Shown: positions 9,983 to 20,400 of the stretch, piece after piece
How positions within the stretch are numbered: the first letter of the stretch is position 1
Layout of the letters: every line of letters begins with the position of its first letter
Source: Mariprofundaceae bacterium
GTDB taxonomy: Bacteria; Pseudomonadota; Zetaproteobacteria; Mariprofundales; Mariprofundaceae
Direction of reading: 5' to 3'
NCBI GenBank assembly: GCA_027018935.1
Contig: JALUXZ010000070.1
Coordinates: 6,014 to 70,013 of the forward strand
Length of the DNA: 64,000 nt
Made by a program: the position numbers and the translations under genes
Notes under the pieces: generated by a model
The model's database searches: none
Seen by the model: the letters and a program-made list of their open reading frames with translations, nothing else
Told to the model about the DNA's origin: nothing

Positions 9983-10792
9983 ATGAATCAGGCTGCAAAG
10001 AGGCATGTGATTCTTACCAGTGGAAGAAGTGGAAGTAACTACTTGGCCAACACCTTGAACTTGCACCCTCAGATTGTTAATTATGGCGAAGTACTTGGGT
10101 CATGGACGCTGTCATGGAAGCTTTTTAGACCCTTGCGCATAATGGGACTTGGCGTACTTTCATATCTTGAATATATTTATGCTAGCCATGTGTTTTTCAT
10201 AGCTGCTCAAATGTACTCTTCCTTTTCTCATTTGAGAAAAAGTAAAGCAATAAAGTGTAAATATCGTAGGTATATTAAACACATTGGTATTAAAGATTTT
10301 TTTATTAACTTCGAGAGGCGGGGTGCTTTTGACTTTATTTTAAATCAACCAGAAATTGATGTGATTTACTTGAGTCGCTGTAATATTTTACGTCGTTACT
10401 TGTCTATGCTGCATATGGAAAAAAGCAATGCGGCGGTGAGTGAAACTTCGAACCTAAAAGTACATCAAGTTAGGGTAGATATTGACCATATGTTGCATAA
10501 CCTTATGATTTTAGAGCAAGAGGTCAGGGATGAGGAAGCTATGCTAAAGCGTATTGAGAAAGCAGGGCATAGGTTGATGCGCATTAATTATGAAGATTAC
10601 TTTAAAAATACAACCACTATAGAATCAACGAATAAAAAAGTATTTCAGTTTCTTGGAGTTAAAGCTATAGCATTATTGAGTGAACATAGAAAAATACTAC
10701 CAAATTCTTTTTCAGATATTATTGTGAATAAGCAAGAGGTGGTGGCTGCTTTAAAGGGTACAGTGTATGAAGTGTATTTACATGAAAATTAG
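9983..10792 (+). CDS. Putative sulfotransferase
   Basis: N-terminal VILTSGRSGSNYLANTLNLHP resembles the 5'-phosphosulfate-binding loop. VIYLSRCNILRRYLS resembles the 3'-phosphate-binding R...S motif of Stf0-like sulfotransferases. Confidence 0.5.
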   Translation: MNQAAKRHVILTSGRSGSNYLANTLNLHPQIVNYGEVLGSWTLSWKLFRPLRIMGLGVLSYLEYIYASHVFFIAAQMYSSFSHLRKSKAIKCKYRRYIKHIGIKDFFINFERRGAFDFILNQPEIDVIYLSRCNILRRYLSMLHMEKSNAAVSETSNLKVHQVRVDIDHMLHNLMILEQEVRDEEAMLKRIEKAGHRLMRINYEDYFKNTTTIESTNKKVFQFLGVKAIALLSEHRKILPNSFSDIIVNKQEVVAALKGTVYEVYLHEN

Positions 10793-10822
10793 GCACCTTT
10801 ATAATTTCTTGGAGTATTTAAG

Positions 10823-12292
10823 TTGGAACTAAAAGCATTAGCATTTATTTCGTTTGCTTTTTTGATGGCTACAGCTTTTCTTTTTGCTTCTTTTCGTGAT
10901 GCTTATTACCTACGCTGGGGTGGAATTGCAGTACTTATTACGGCATCTGCATTTTTGACAGGAAACTACTTTGTAGTTGCGGGGTTATTAATTTCTGTGG
11001 CATTTGTCATTCGGAATCAGTACAACGCAGATAAAATTGCTGCGTGGCTGTTTATGCTACCTTTATTGCCCGTAGCTTGGAGCTACCATGTTCCTATGGT
11101 AGGCGTTAATTTTCTTTTGGAACTTAATTATCCAAGGCTTTTAGCACTTATTTTTCTTGCTCCACTGTTGTTTGCAGCTTTGAGGAAAGGGATGCTTAAG
11201 GGTGGGGGAAACCGTGCATGGTTCATAGATGCGTTGGTTTTAATCTATTTTCTTTATATTTGCCTGTTTGAGTTTCGAAGAGAGTCTGTTACAAATACCT
11301 TGCGTTATATTACATATGATTTTCTACTGATAGCCCTGCCTTATATTGTAATGACAAGGTTTATACAAACAAAAAATGATTTATTCAAAGTGCTTCGAGC
11401 ACTGATGTTTTCGACAATGTTATTTGCTTTGTTGGCCATAGTGGCGGAATTGTTCAAATGGAATCTTTATGGTGCTTTGCATTCACCATATTTGATTGAA
11501 CTTCGCTTAGCTGATTTTTCTGAGTTTAGAGCTGGTATCTTGCGTATTAAGGCAACAATGTTTAGCCCCATTGTGTTTGGATATTTTTTATTATTGGGGG
11601 CGGCTTCTCTTTATGCATTTAAAGGTTACCTAAACCGCAAGCAAGGTTTAATCACGCTGGGGTTGTTGTTATTGTTGTTGCTTGCCATTTTATTTACGTT
11701 TTCACGGGGAGTCTGGCTTGCGGTAGTTATTACAGGTCTGGCGATTATCTACCTTCGCTTGCCTGGCAAGGGCGTTCGTCAGATGTTTCCTGTATTACTT
11801 GGCATGGCAGCAGTTGTTTTTTACAAATTCAGTGCTGTAGCTGAAGGTATGGATACATATGGCACCTTTGATTATAGGGCCGCACTTATTGATGCTTCGT
11901 GGGTTGTATTTGAAAAGAATCCCGTATTTGGTAGCTTGGGCTTCCGAGAAAATACCGTTTTTGAACTACTTCAACAAGGAGGGGGGTTTGTAGATTTTGT
12001 AAATAGTTATGTGAATATCACGCTGGATTCTGGTCTTGTTGGGCTGGGGTTGTACCTTATTATTCCAGTTGTTTTACTGTTTCAAATTTATCGCAAGCTG
12101 CAAGTGCCATGGCTTTACCGCGATAAAGTGATGAAACATACGGGTATAGCGTTTTTTGCAATTATAACAGCTACAATGGTACTTTTGTTAACGGTTAGTT
12201 CAATTACATTTATCCCCATTTATTATTGGATTCTTATAGGGGTCTCATCAGCCTGGGTTAGAATGGCTAATATGAAAGAGGTATTACAATGA
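10823..12292 (+). CDS. Wzy-type polysaccharide polymerase / O-antigen-ligase-like membrane protein
   Basis: 489 aa with at least 10 predicted TM helices and a central FTFSRGVWLAVVI block typical of the Wzy_C region. Located in a Wzx/Wzy locus. TTG start. Confidence 0.7.
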   Translation: MELKALAFISFAFLMATAFLFASFRDAYYLRWGGIAVLITASAFLTGNYFVVAGLLISVAFVIRNQYNADKIAAWLFMLPLLPVAWSYHVPMVGVNFLLELNYPRLLALIFLAPLLFAALRKGMLKGGGNRAWFIDALVLIYFLYICLFEFRRESVTNTLRYITYDFLLIALPYIVMTRFIQTKNDLFKVLRALMFSTMLFALLAIVAELFKWNLYGALHSPYLIELRLADFSEFRAGILRIKATMFSPIVFGYFLLLGAASLYAFKGYLNRKQGLITLGLLLLLLLAILFTFSRGVWLAVVITGLAIIYLRLPGKGVRQMFPVLLGMAAVVFYKFSAVAEGMDTYGTFDYRAALIDASWVVFEKNPVFGSLGFRENTVFELLQQGGGFVDFVNSYVNITLDSGLVGLGLYLIIPVVLLFQIYRKLQVPWLYRDKVMKHTGIAFFAIITATMVLLLTVSSITFIPIYYWILIGVSSAWVRMANMKEVLQ

Positions 12293-12909
12293 TTAAAAGA
12301 GGTCTGTCTTTTTTTTTGCGCAATATGGCGATAAAAAATAATAGGTTGGTTGCTTTATATAAGAAGGTATGTAAGCCAAATGGAAAAGAGTGGGCTCAGT
12401 ATCTGAGGAAACATGGTCAGTTTTACGCAATGGGTGAAGACTGTCTAATTGAAGTTGGAGCATCGTTCACAGATTCAGCGTATGTAAGGCTTGGGAATAA
12501 TGTGCATCTATCAGGTTGTAAGTTAATTGGGCATGATGGATCAATTGGCATGCTGGGTAGAAGGTATGGGGTTAAGTTGGATCGAACTGGGAAGATTGAT
12601 ATAAGAGATAATGTATTTATAGGTGAAGGGGCTATAATTTTACCAGGAGTCACCATTGGTTCCGATGTGATTGTTGCAGCAGGAGCAGTGGTCGCTAGTT
12701 CTGTACCAGAAAACAGTGTGGTGGGTGGGGTTCCAGCTAAATTTATTATTCAAACATCGGCTTTAGTAGAGAAGTGGCGAGAGGATACTTTAGTGCTTCC
12801 TTGGGCTGAACTGATTGAACGTAGAGAGGGTGCTTTTGACCCCGTAATAGAGCCGAAACTTATAAGAATGAGAGTGAATTATTTTTATAATAAGAATTCA
12901 GACTCTTAA
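12289..12909 (+). CDS. Hexapeptide-repeat acetyltransferase
   Basis: IDIRDNVFIGEGAIILPGVTIGSDVIVAAGAVVASSVPENSVVGGVPAK. There is a T9 tract at 12309-12317 close to the 5' end. Confidence 0.75.
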   Translation: MIKRGLSFFLRNMAIKNNRLVALYKKVCKPNGKEWAQYLRKHGQFYAMGEDCLIEVGASFTDSAYVRLGNNVHLSGCKLIGHDGSIGMLGRRYGVKLDRTGKIDIRDNVFIGEGAIILPGVTIGSDVIVAAGAVVASSVPENSVVGGVPAKFIIQTSALVEKWREDTLVLPWAELIERREGAFDPVIEPKLIRMRVNYFYNKNSDS

Positions 12910-12949
12910 AATAAAAAGGTGTAAATATTTTTAGGGGTGAAGCTAACTG

Positions 12950-13927
12950 ATGGAAAAAAAATCCAAAAACAACTTTCCAGCAAGTGTGGTGGATATATCA
13001 GTCATCTTGGTTTCCTACAATACGGCTTCATTGTTACCCAAGGCGATTGCGTGTTTGCGACAATCGGCGGGAAATATGGTGCTACAGACTATTATTGTTG
13101 ATAATGCTTCACGAGATGATTCGGTGGCTTTGATTAAGCGTGATTACTCTGATTGTGAGCTGATTGAAAATGACAAAAATGTAGGATTTGGCAGGGCAAA
13201 TAATCAGGCTCTACCCTTTATTAAAGGGCGGTATGTATTGCTATTGAATACAGATGCCTTTGTTTCACCCGATACGTTGGAAAAAACAGTGGCTTATATG
13301 GATGAGCATGAAAAATGCGGGCTGCTTGGTGTGAAATTGATTGGGCGTGATGGCGTGCTCCAGCCATCATGTAGATATTTTCCTACGCCGTTCAATATCT
13401 TTTTGCAGCAGACAGGGTTTAAGAAATTCTTCCCTGCAAAGCGTATGGTAGATGATATGAGTTGGGATCATGCATCGCCTAGGGAATGTGATTGGGTTCC
13501 TGGTTGTTATCTTCTAATCAGAAAAGAAGTTGTTGATCAAGTTGGATTGTTTGATAAAAGGTATTTTCTTTATTCAGAAGAGGTGGATTTATGTTTTACT
13601 GCTAAAAATGCAGGTTGGCAGGTGCATTATTTTTCAGATACATCGGTGGTTCATTTGGGTGGGGAAAGTGCCAAATCGGACGGTGAGATTACAGAGAGTG
13701 GTGGTCAGCTCGAATCTTTACAGATAGAAAGTGAGTTGTTGTATTTTAGAAAGAATCATGGTTTCTTTGGTGTATTAAGCCATGTTATTTTACAACTTAT
13801 AGCAAGTGCGATGCTGCTTGTGAAAAGTTTTTTGAAAGGTAAGGGCAGAGGCGCTTCTTGGAAGCGATCAAAGGCAGTTTGTTTGTTGTTTTGGAAAACA
13901 CGCAGGGGAATGCAGGCAATACGTTAA
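12950..13927 (+). CDS. Family 2 glycosyltransferase
   Basis: ISVILVSYNT ... IIVDNASRDDS ... LLLNTDAF ... YSEEVDLC (GT-A DxD and ED motifs). There is an A8 tract at 12954-12961 in codons 2-4. Confidence 0.85.
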   Translation: MEKKSKNNFPASVVDISVILVSYNTASLLPKAIACLRQSAGNMVLQTIIVDNASRDDSVALIKRDYSDCELIENDKNVGFGRANNQALPFIKGRYVLLLNTDAFVSPDTLEKTVAYMDEHEKCGLLGVKLIGRDGVLQPSCRYFPTPFNIFLQQTGFKKFFPAKRMVDDMSWDHASPRECDWVPGCYLLIRKEVVDQVGLFDKRYFLYSEEVDLCFTAKNAGWQVHYFSDTSVVHLGGESAKSDGEITESGGQLESLQIESELLYFRKNHGFFGVLSHVILQLIASAMLLVKSFLKGKGRGASWKRSKAVCLLFWKTRRGMQAIR

Positions 13928-13935
13928 GGGGTCTT

Positions 13936-14457
13936 ATGTTTGATCATATAAAACAAGATTATCATGCATATGCTGGACGTTGGGGTGAGCAAGGCTTTTG
14001 GGTTATGCTAGTGTATCGCTTTGGTCGCTGGAGGTACCATGTTCGCCCAGCATTGCTGCGCAAGCTTTTTTCACTCATATATAAATTGATGTATAAATTC
14101 ATTCAGATAGTTACTGGGATTGAGTTGCCTTGCGAAGTGAAGGTTGGAAAAAACTTTGTCATCGATCATTTTGGAGGCATTGTTATTAGTGGCTATGCAA
14201 GTTTTGGCGATCATTGCCGCATTCGTAATGGTGTCGTGGTTGGGCTAAAATCAGTAGAAGATCCTAAAGCACCATCTATTGGAAACAATGTGGATATTGG
14301 AGCTGGCGCAAAATTATTGGGAAATATTAAAATTGGAAATGATGTTATTATTGGTGCCAATGCGGTTGTTCTTGTGGATGTTCCAGATCATAGCCTTGCA
14401 GTTGGCGTTCCTGCGGTGATTAAGCCTAGGCGACCTGTGGAGACAATGCGTGAATAA
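13936..14457 (+). CDS. Hexapeptide-repeat O-acetyltransferase (CysE/WcaB-like)
   Basis: Start at ATG 13936, after aagggg and after the upstream stop codon. IGNNVDIGAGAKLLGNIKIGNDVIIGANAVVLVDVPDHSLAVGVPA. Confidence 0.75.
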   Translation: MFDHIKQDYHAYAGRWGEQGFWVMLVYRFGRWRYHVRPALLRKLFSLIYKLMYKFIQIVTGIELPCEVKVGKNFVIDHFGGIVISGYASFGDHCRIRNGVVVGLKSVEDPKAPSIGNNVDIGAGAKLLGNIKIGNDVIIGANAVVLVDVPDHSLAVGVPAVIKPRRPVETMRE

Positions 14458-15427
14458 GATGATAGGTGCTGTTGTGATTGGTCGTAATGAAGGTGATAGG
14501 CTAGCTGTTTGTTTACAATCGTTATTGGTTCAGGTGGACACATTGGTTTATGTGGATTCTGGCTCTACAGACCATAGTTTGGAAATTGCTGAGAAGCTTG
14601 CTGTGACGGTTGTGAATTTAGATATAAGTATTCCATTTACAGCAGCACGAGCACGCAATGAAGGCTTTGCGAAGCTTATGCAAGTATCTCCTGATATTCA
14701 GTATGTGCAATTTGTTGATGGGGACTGTGAGGTGTTTTCGGATTGGTTGCCGCAAGCATTGCCGTGTCTTATGGAAAATGAAAAATTGGCAGTGGTATGT
14801 GGACAAAGAAAAGAACGGTACCCAGAGAAATCTGTATATAATCGTTTGTGTGATATTGAATGGGATACACCTGTCGGTGAAGCACTTACCTGTGGTGGGG
14901 ATGCACTTATTCGAGCGGCTGCTTTTGATGGGGTTGGGGGTTATGATGCGTCGTTGATAGCGGGAGAAGAGCCAGAAATGTGCGTGCGTTTGCGAAATTC
15001 GGGCTGGAAAATTTCTCGTATTGATGCAGAAATGACGTGGCACGATGCAAACATGACAGACTTCTCCCAATGGTGGAAACGAGCGGCTCGTTCGGGTCAT
15101 GCTTATGCGGAAGGTGCATGGATGCATGGTCAGACATCGCAAAAGCACTGGGTTCGTGAAGTTCGTAGGAATTGGTTTTGGGGGCTAAGTTTTCCCGTGT
15201 TGATAATGGTTTCGGCGATATGGCCGACGATGGTGTTTTTATTGTTGATTTACCCTATTCAAGTATTTCGAATCTATAGGCACTCGAATGTGCACCGAGA
15301 CTTTAAAGATCGAAGTGCTTTTGCTTTTTTTTGTGTGTTGGCGAACCTTCCCATCATGTTTGGACAAATAAAATTTCATAGTAATCGGCTGATGGGTAGC
15401 AAAAGCCAGCTCATTGAATATAAGTAA
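14450..15427 (+). CDS. Family 2 glycosyltransferase
   Basis: AVVIGRNEGDRL ... YVDSGSTDHS ... FVDGDCEV ... GEEPEMC: a GT-A fold with a C-terminal TM region. Confidence 0.8.
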   Translation: MNKMIGAVVIGRNEGDRLAVCLQSLLVQVDTLVYVDSGSTDHSLEIAEKLAVTVVNLDISIPFTAARARNEGFAKLMQVSPDIQYVQFVDGDCEVFSDWLPQALPCLMENEKLAVVCGQRKERYPEKSVYNRLCDIEWDTPVGEALTCGGDALIRAAAFDGVGGYDASLIAGEEPEMCVRLRNSGWKISRIDAEMTWHDANMTDFSQWWKRAARSGHAYAEGAWMHGQTSQKHWVREVRRNWFWGLSFPVLIMVSAIWPTMVFLLLIYPIQVFRIYRHSNVHRDFKDRSAFAFFCVLANLPIMFGQIKFHSNRLMGSKSQLIEYK

Positions 15428-15451
15428 GGTATGACTTGAAAGTAAACTATA

Positions 15452-15612
15452 GGGCACCTCGAAAAACCTCGCACGAGTTAAACGACGTTGATTTTCGCTC
15501 ATAGCAAGGCGCAATAAAATGAGTAATAGCATCGCTATTACCCATTTTATTCAACGCCGCTAGGGGTGAAAAGCACAAGTTTGGCGAAGTGCTGAGGTTT
15601 TTCGAGGTGCCC
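15452..15612. mobile_element. MITE-like element, family A, full copy 1 (161 bp)
   Basis: Termini are gggcacctcgaaaaacctc ... gaggtttttcgaggtgccc. Flanked by the direct repeat TATA at 15448-15451 and 15613-15616. I counted about 5 mismatches against the copy at 26572-26732. Confidence 0.8.
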
Positions 15613-15694
15613 TATACACCATAGTTGGATAGAATTCGAGCAATATCAACTTTTCTTTAGTGCTTCTGCCGACTATCTCTACAGCAGTCGGACA

Positions 15695-16705
15695 TTATTT
15701 TTTACTGTTTAATTTTCCTGAAATTGTTTTCCCTAATGAAATCCAATATTTTTCATAATAAAATGTTGATACATGGGCAGCTAAAAATAAAACAATAAAC
15801 AACAATGGACGCTTTAAATATGTAATAATTTTGTCGTCACCACTGGCTAGCCATGTTTGTAATAATATTGGATGAATTACATAAAGCGCATATGATATTC
15901 CAGCAATATAAATAAGTGCCTTTATGCTTAAGTAGTGGTTAATTTTTAAATCTTTTTGATATAACGTTACACCTATTAACAATGCAGCTAAATAGGGGCG
16001 TAAATAATTCATAAATCCGCCATCTGGATGGCATGCAACTAAAAGCAATGCAAGCAGCCAATATGGATTTAAATATCTCAATAATTCAGGGATACTTTTT
16101 CCAAGCTTATTACTGTACGCCAATGCTAAAATGCATCCAGTAAGAATTTCATCAATGCGGAAAGGCGTTACTATGGAAATATGCACGCCATTTGCAATGC
16201 GATAACATGTGATAGCAATGCATATAACTGGTAGTAAAAGAAGCCCGCGTTCTTTCATTAAGGCATACAATACTGCGACCCCGATATAAAATTGAACTTC
16301 AATGCACAGGCTCCAAAGGTGACCTGTGCCGTGTTTAACTAAAAACTCAATCGGAGGCGTATTAACATAAAACAGAAAGTGGGGAAGATAAGCATCAGTC
16401 TCCACGTCAAGAATCGGTAACACAATAAGGAGATATAGCCAGACCAATGGTAAAATACGGAAAAAACGTCTTACCAAAAAATCAGTGACCGTAGGCTTTT
16501 TGATAAGGAAATTTGTAATCAAGAAACCAGATAACACGAAAAATAGACTCATTCCCAAAGGCCCAACCATACTATTCAGCTGCCATGATTTAGGTCCGAG
16601 AGGAAGTAAATGCGCAGCAAGCACGCACAAGATGCTAAACCCGCGCCAACCATCCAATACCTGATAGCGATGAGAAACGGAATCAACGATTGATGTTATT
16701 GACAT
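15695..16705 (-). CDS. Acyltransferase-3 family O-acyltransferase (OafA/WecH-like membrane protein)
   Basis: LDGWRGFSILCVLAAHL N-terminal signature and about 10 TM helices over 336 aa. Confidence 0.85.
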   Translation of the reverse strand: MSITSIVDSVSHRYQVLDGWRGFSILCVLAAHLLPLGPKSWQLNSMVGPLGMSLFFVLSGFLITNFLIKKPTVTDFLVRRFFRILPLVWLYLLIVLPILDVETDAYLPHFLFYVNTPPIEFLVKHGTGHLWSLCIEVQFYIGVAVLYALMKERGLLLLPVICIAITCYRIANGVHISIVTPFRIDEILTGCILALAYSNKLGKSIPELLRYLNPYWLLALLLVACHPDGGFMNYLRPYLAALLIGVTLYQKDLKINHYLSIKALIYIAGISYALYVIHPILLQTWLASGDDKIITYLKRPLLFIVLFLAAHVSTFYYEKYWISLGKTISGKLNSKK

Positions 16706-17034
16706 ACAGGTTTATAAAAACAATAGATAAAAATAATCTCTCCCTCATTACAACTATCCTGAATTAATGGACACCATCATAAAGCTTCCTCGCTCAATCA
16801 TCAGTGCCTTTGATAAATATTAGCTTTTGAAATTATACCTGCGATAGCGGGCATAGTAAGTGTGTCATGGTTGTACGTCTATAACCAGCATGTTGCAAGT
16901 TCTTGAATTTAAATAATTCATTTTAAATGAGATACTTATGATACGAGTTATATCGAATTGTTTAGTTATAATGGCGCTGGAAATGCTTTGTTACTGTTTT
17001 TTATGCTAAAACTTCGATTGTAACGATAGCGGGT

Positions 17035-17054
17035 TAGGTTTTTCGAGGTGCCCG
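17035..17054. repeat. Solo terminal repeat of MITE family A
   Basis: taggtttttcgaggtgcccg matches the right terminus of family A. No matching left end lies nearby. Confidence 0.5.
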
Positions 17055-17440
17055 TAAGTGTACTGTATGTAAAATAAACTCTTGCCCCTTGAGTGTAACT
17101 TGCTTGCTTAATAATATGTATAATATATTTTTCTAAATACCCTTGTTTATGTATGTATAGTCTTCTTTTTCATTTGCAACAAGAAAGGTGTGTTTTCAAT
17201 TTTGTTGTTTTTTTTAGGGGAATTCCTTGCGTTTCTATATAAAGTAATCTATAAACCCCCTGACTTTTAATAATTGAAGTTTCAATGGCTTTTAACAATA
17301 AAGCAGAGGTTGTTATTATTATACTCAGATTGAAATATTAAATATTTTATAGAGATGGCGTAATGTCATGTGATATAGAAAAAAGGTGGGTTGTTTTGCA
17401 AAGTAATAAATTTTCTAAAAAAAAAGGTAGGATCTTTAAC

Positions 17441-20400
17441 ATGCTAGAAGTTAAAAACTTTATCATGCTTTTGTGTATGCTAATGTTGTACGGTGGGGCT
17501 GTTCAAGCGGCTGTGCTGGTAGCACCAGTGACTGGAAACATTGAGGCATATGCAGCGAATGAAACGAGTGTGGCTGGTTATAGCGGTGATGGCGGTTTGG
17601 CAGTGAATGCGCAATTGGCAGCACCGCGTGGTATTGCCGTTGATAGTCTAAACCGTGTATATATTGCAGATTTTAATAATAGTGTGGTTCGCCGTGTTGA
17701 TCCCGCTACAGGTTTGATTTCAACCGTTGCGGGTACGGGCGTTTTTGGTTTTTCTGGCGATGGCGGGTTAGCGACTGCTGCGCAATTAAAGCGACCTTGG
17801 GGTCTTGCCATCGATGCATTTGATAACTTATACATAGCCGATAATGCAGAGCGTCGCATACGTAAAGTTGATGCTGCTACGGGTGTAATTACCACAATCG
17901 CAGGTACAGGAGGCTATGCTGGCACATGGACTCGTAATGATGGTGGCGATGCTTTGCTGGCTGCGTTTACAGGTATCACGGGTATCACAGTTGATGCTTC
18001 GAATAATATTTTTATTGCCACAGACAGTGGGCGCATTAGACGTATTGATGGCGTGACCAATATTATTACAAGTATCGCAACGGGCTATGGTCTTATTTCT
18101 GATGTTGCTATGGATCCTTTTGGAGGCGTGCCTGGGTTATATTTCTCAGACAGAACCAATCATGTGGTGAATGTTCTAAACTTGACAAGCTTGGCTGTAA
18201 CACCAGTTGCTGGAATTCAAGGTGTTGCAGGGTATACTGGAGATGGAGGGGTTGCTATTGATGCAAGTCTTAATGCTCCTGAAAGCCTTGTAATGAATGC
18301 GGTGACAGGGGAGCTTTTTATTGCAGATTCAGGCAACCATGTCATTCGTCGTATTGATGTTGCATCAGGATATATATCGACAGATGCAGGAACGCCTGGT
18401 CTTGGCGCGGGGAATAACGGTGATGGCGGAATAGCGCTTGCGGCTAAAATGCATACGCCAAGTGGTTTAGCGATGGATGGCAATGGTTCAGTTTTGTTTT
18501 CAGATTTCCAATATAACCGTGTTCGGATATATCAACCTGTGCCAGTAGTTCTTAATTCCATAGAAACAAGTTTTGACAGCACAACGATGTCTGTAAATTC
18601 TAAGCAGAAGCTTGAGGCTCGCGGGGTTTATAGCGATGGCAGCCGCCGTGCTTTGGCAAACGTTGTGTGGACCAGTTCTTCCAATGCAATTGCGACGATT
18701 GATGCTTTTGGTGTAGTGAGTTCTGCCAGCCCCGGTAATGTTACCCTCACGGCAACATCGGGTGGCGTGAGTGCCACAGTACAACTGACGATTACCGCTG
18801 CAAGTATTACCTCGCTTGAATTGTCTCCTTTAAGCTCATTGCCTCAGGGGATTAGTCACCGTTATGCTGTATGGGGTTTGGTCAGTGATGGTAGTAAAGT
18901 AAATGTAACCCCTTATGTTACATTGAGCAGTAGTAATGCGGCGGTGATTACAACGGGCACATACGGTTTGGTTACGGCTGTATCTGCGGGAACAGCGACG
19001 ATTGTTGCAACATATGGTGCTCTTTCAGTGTCGGCTCCCGTAACAGTATCAACCGCGACATTGAATCAAATTGAAGTGGTGTCACAGGATCGCTCGATTG
19101 CTACGAAAACAAGCACGCGTTTCTTCGCAACGGGTATCTACTCGGATGGAAGCCGCCAAGATTTGTCTTCTCAGGTTACTTGGAGTAGCAGCAATGCTTT
19201 TGTGGCATCCATTAGCAATAGTCCTCGTAATATTGGTTTAACATCTGGGCTTACGGCAGGTAATGTAAGCATTACAGCGACACTGGGAGGCTTCTCAGGT
19301 TCTGCACCATTGGAAGTACGCGGCGTTAACCTTTTAAGTATTGAAGTTTCACCTTATGATATTTCAGTTTCAAAAGGGGAGTTTCACGGTATGCGTGTCA
19401 CAGGGCGGCTTAGTGATAATAGCAAACAAGATTTAACCTATCAGGTGGTCTGGAGTAGCTCGAATGAAGCGGTTGCCAAAGTTGGTAATGTGTGGCCGAA
19501 TTTTGCTAAAGTTCAAGGTATTTCACCTGGTGTGGCGACGATTACAGCAAGATTTGGCGGTTTGAGTGCCAGTGTTGCCGTTACGGTTAACACTTCAACA
19601 TTGTCTCGCATTGAAGTAAGTCCATTTAACAATGATATCGTACAAGGCACCAATATGCGGTTTTATGCGACAGCCATTTACTCTGATGGGCGTAAGGTTG
19701 ATGTCACGTACAATACAAGTTGGTCATCAAGTGTTAGTGGTGTTGTGAATATAAAAAATGATGCTGCAAATATGGCTGTAGCGGATGGTGTTTCAGCAGG
19801 TTTGGCAACGATCACAGGGAACTATGTGGATGCGTTAGGGGTTTCGCATACGGATAATGTGGCGATGACTGTTACAGCGGGTATTTATAATGGTTTCGAA
19901 CTATCTGCAGACTTCATTAAAAATAATGTAGGTCACCGTTACTCGTTACGTGCTGTGGCATTCTTCAATACAGATCGCAAACAAGATATTACCAATCAAG
20001 TATCTTGGCAGTCATCAAACCCTTCGGTTGCACGTGTTTCACCAAGTGGTCAGGTTACAAGTGTGACAACGGGTAGTGCGATAGTTTCAGGGACATTTAA
20101 CGGCTCTACTTTATCTGTACCTGTGACAGTGCTTCCTGCAGTGGCTCCTGCATACCTTACGATTACGCCAGCTACAAAAGATATTCCTCTTGGGCAACAA
20201 TACAGGTTGCGTGCGGTTGTGACTTATACGGATGGCACTGAAAAGGATGTGTCTTTTGACACATTATGGCTGTCAACTCAGCCTACAGTTGCACCGATTG
20301 GTAATAACTGGCCTGGCATTGCTACAGTAACAGGATTAAATACAGGCAATACAACGATTGGAGGCTTTTATAAAGGCTTGCATGATTCAGTTAGTGTTTT

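Noticed and set aside
15239-15532. The track ORFs at 15239-15532(-) and 26437-26634(-) share the peptide MSENQRRLTRARFFEVP. This looked like a conserved small gene.
   Set aside because: The shared peptide is encoded entirely inside the two MITE family A copies. The ORFs diverge outside the repeat. They are translation artefacts of a repeated non-coding element.
17330-17345. An AT-only palindrome, aaatatt-a-aatattt, upstream of the adhesin gene.
   Set aside because: Short AT palindromes are expected by chance in a 735-bp AT-rich spacer. No second copy or recognisable consensus was found.
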